Source of the DNA: Mobula hypostoma
Taxonomy: Eukaryota
DNA length: 64,000 bases
Assembly: GCF_963921235.1 (NCBI RefSeq)
Contig: NC_086108.1
Location: forward strand, 18,042,001-18,106,000
Direction: 5' to 3'
Shown: one piece after another, positions 63,751 to 64,000 of the stretch
How the letters are laid out: each line of letters starts with the position of its first letter
How positions within the stretch are numbered: the stretch's first letter is position 1
The notes under the pieces: generated by a model
Told to the model about the DNA's origin: nothing
Database searches by the model: none
Seen by the model: only the letters and a program-made list of their open reading frames with translations
Position numbers and translations under genes: made by a program

Positions 63751-64000
63751 CTGTTAGCCTGGAAGTCACCCTTGGGTAAGATGTGGCAGCTGCTTAGCAG
63801 CCACCACCCCACCACCCCACCACCCCACCAGCTGATCAGGGTCATGTGAAGCTGTGGGAGCAGCTGGTGTATTTCACAAATCCTGGTTATGCGACCTCTG
63901 ACAGCAGGCAGACAGTCTTTATAGAGTACTGATATTGGCTTGCGGGGGGTGGGGGGAGGCGGGGAATCACCTATCTTGTAAAGACACTGCCCATAAGAAG
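63751..64000 (+). mobile_element. Possible third RTE-derived non-coding element (runs off the window)
   Basis: CTGTTAG(63751) can pair with CTGACAG(63898); TCCTGGTTATGCGACC motif; decayed. Confidence 0.4.

Overview
Eukaryotic, repeat-saturated vertebrate DNA. The repeat mix (CR1 LINEs with (TTCTATG)n-type tails, V-domain SINEs, Penelope, Rex1/Babar) suggests a cartilaginous fish, probably a ray; this is inference. No complete host gene is visible, only one good and one weak candidate exon (11281-11352, 2179-2229). Most long ORFs belong to transposable elements: two near-full-length CR1 LINEs, a near-intact I/Nimb LINE with RNase H, a Penelope element, Rex1/Babar LINEs and two hAT-type non-autonomous elements. 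Three things are not explained by the ORF track. (1) The apparently unique AT-rich background from about 19.6 to 63.2 kb is one very old, degenerate 32-bp tandem array (consensus about TGATTATTGGTCAGTAGAATCATTCATTGATC). It has a left-to-right variant switch and an internally inverted block, and the transposons inserted into it. (2) Small non-coding RTE-like retroelements begin with HDV-like ribozyme folds; the copy at 308-866 has a complete fold whose predicted cleavage site abuts the target-site duplication (TSD). (3) Tiny fold-back Penelope-terminus elements carry hammerhead cores and 14-15-bp TSDs. Boundaries not anchored by a TSD are approximate (tens of bp). Family names come from motif recognition, not database searches.
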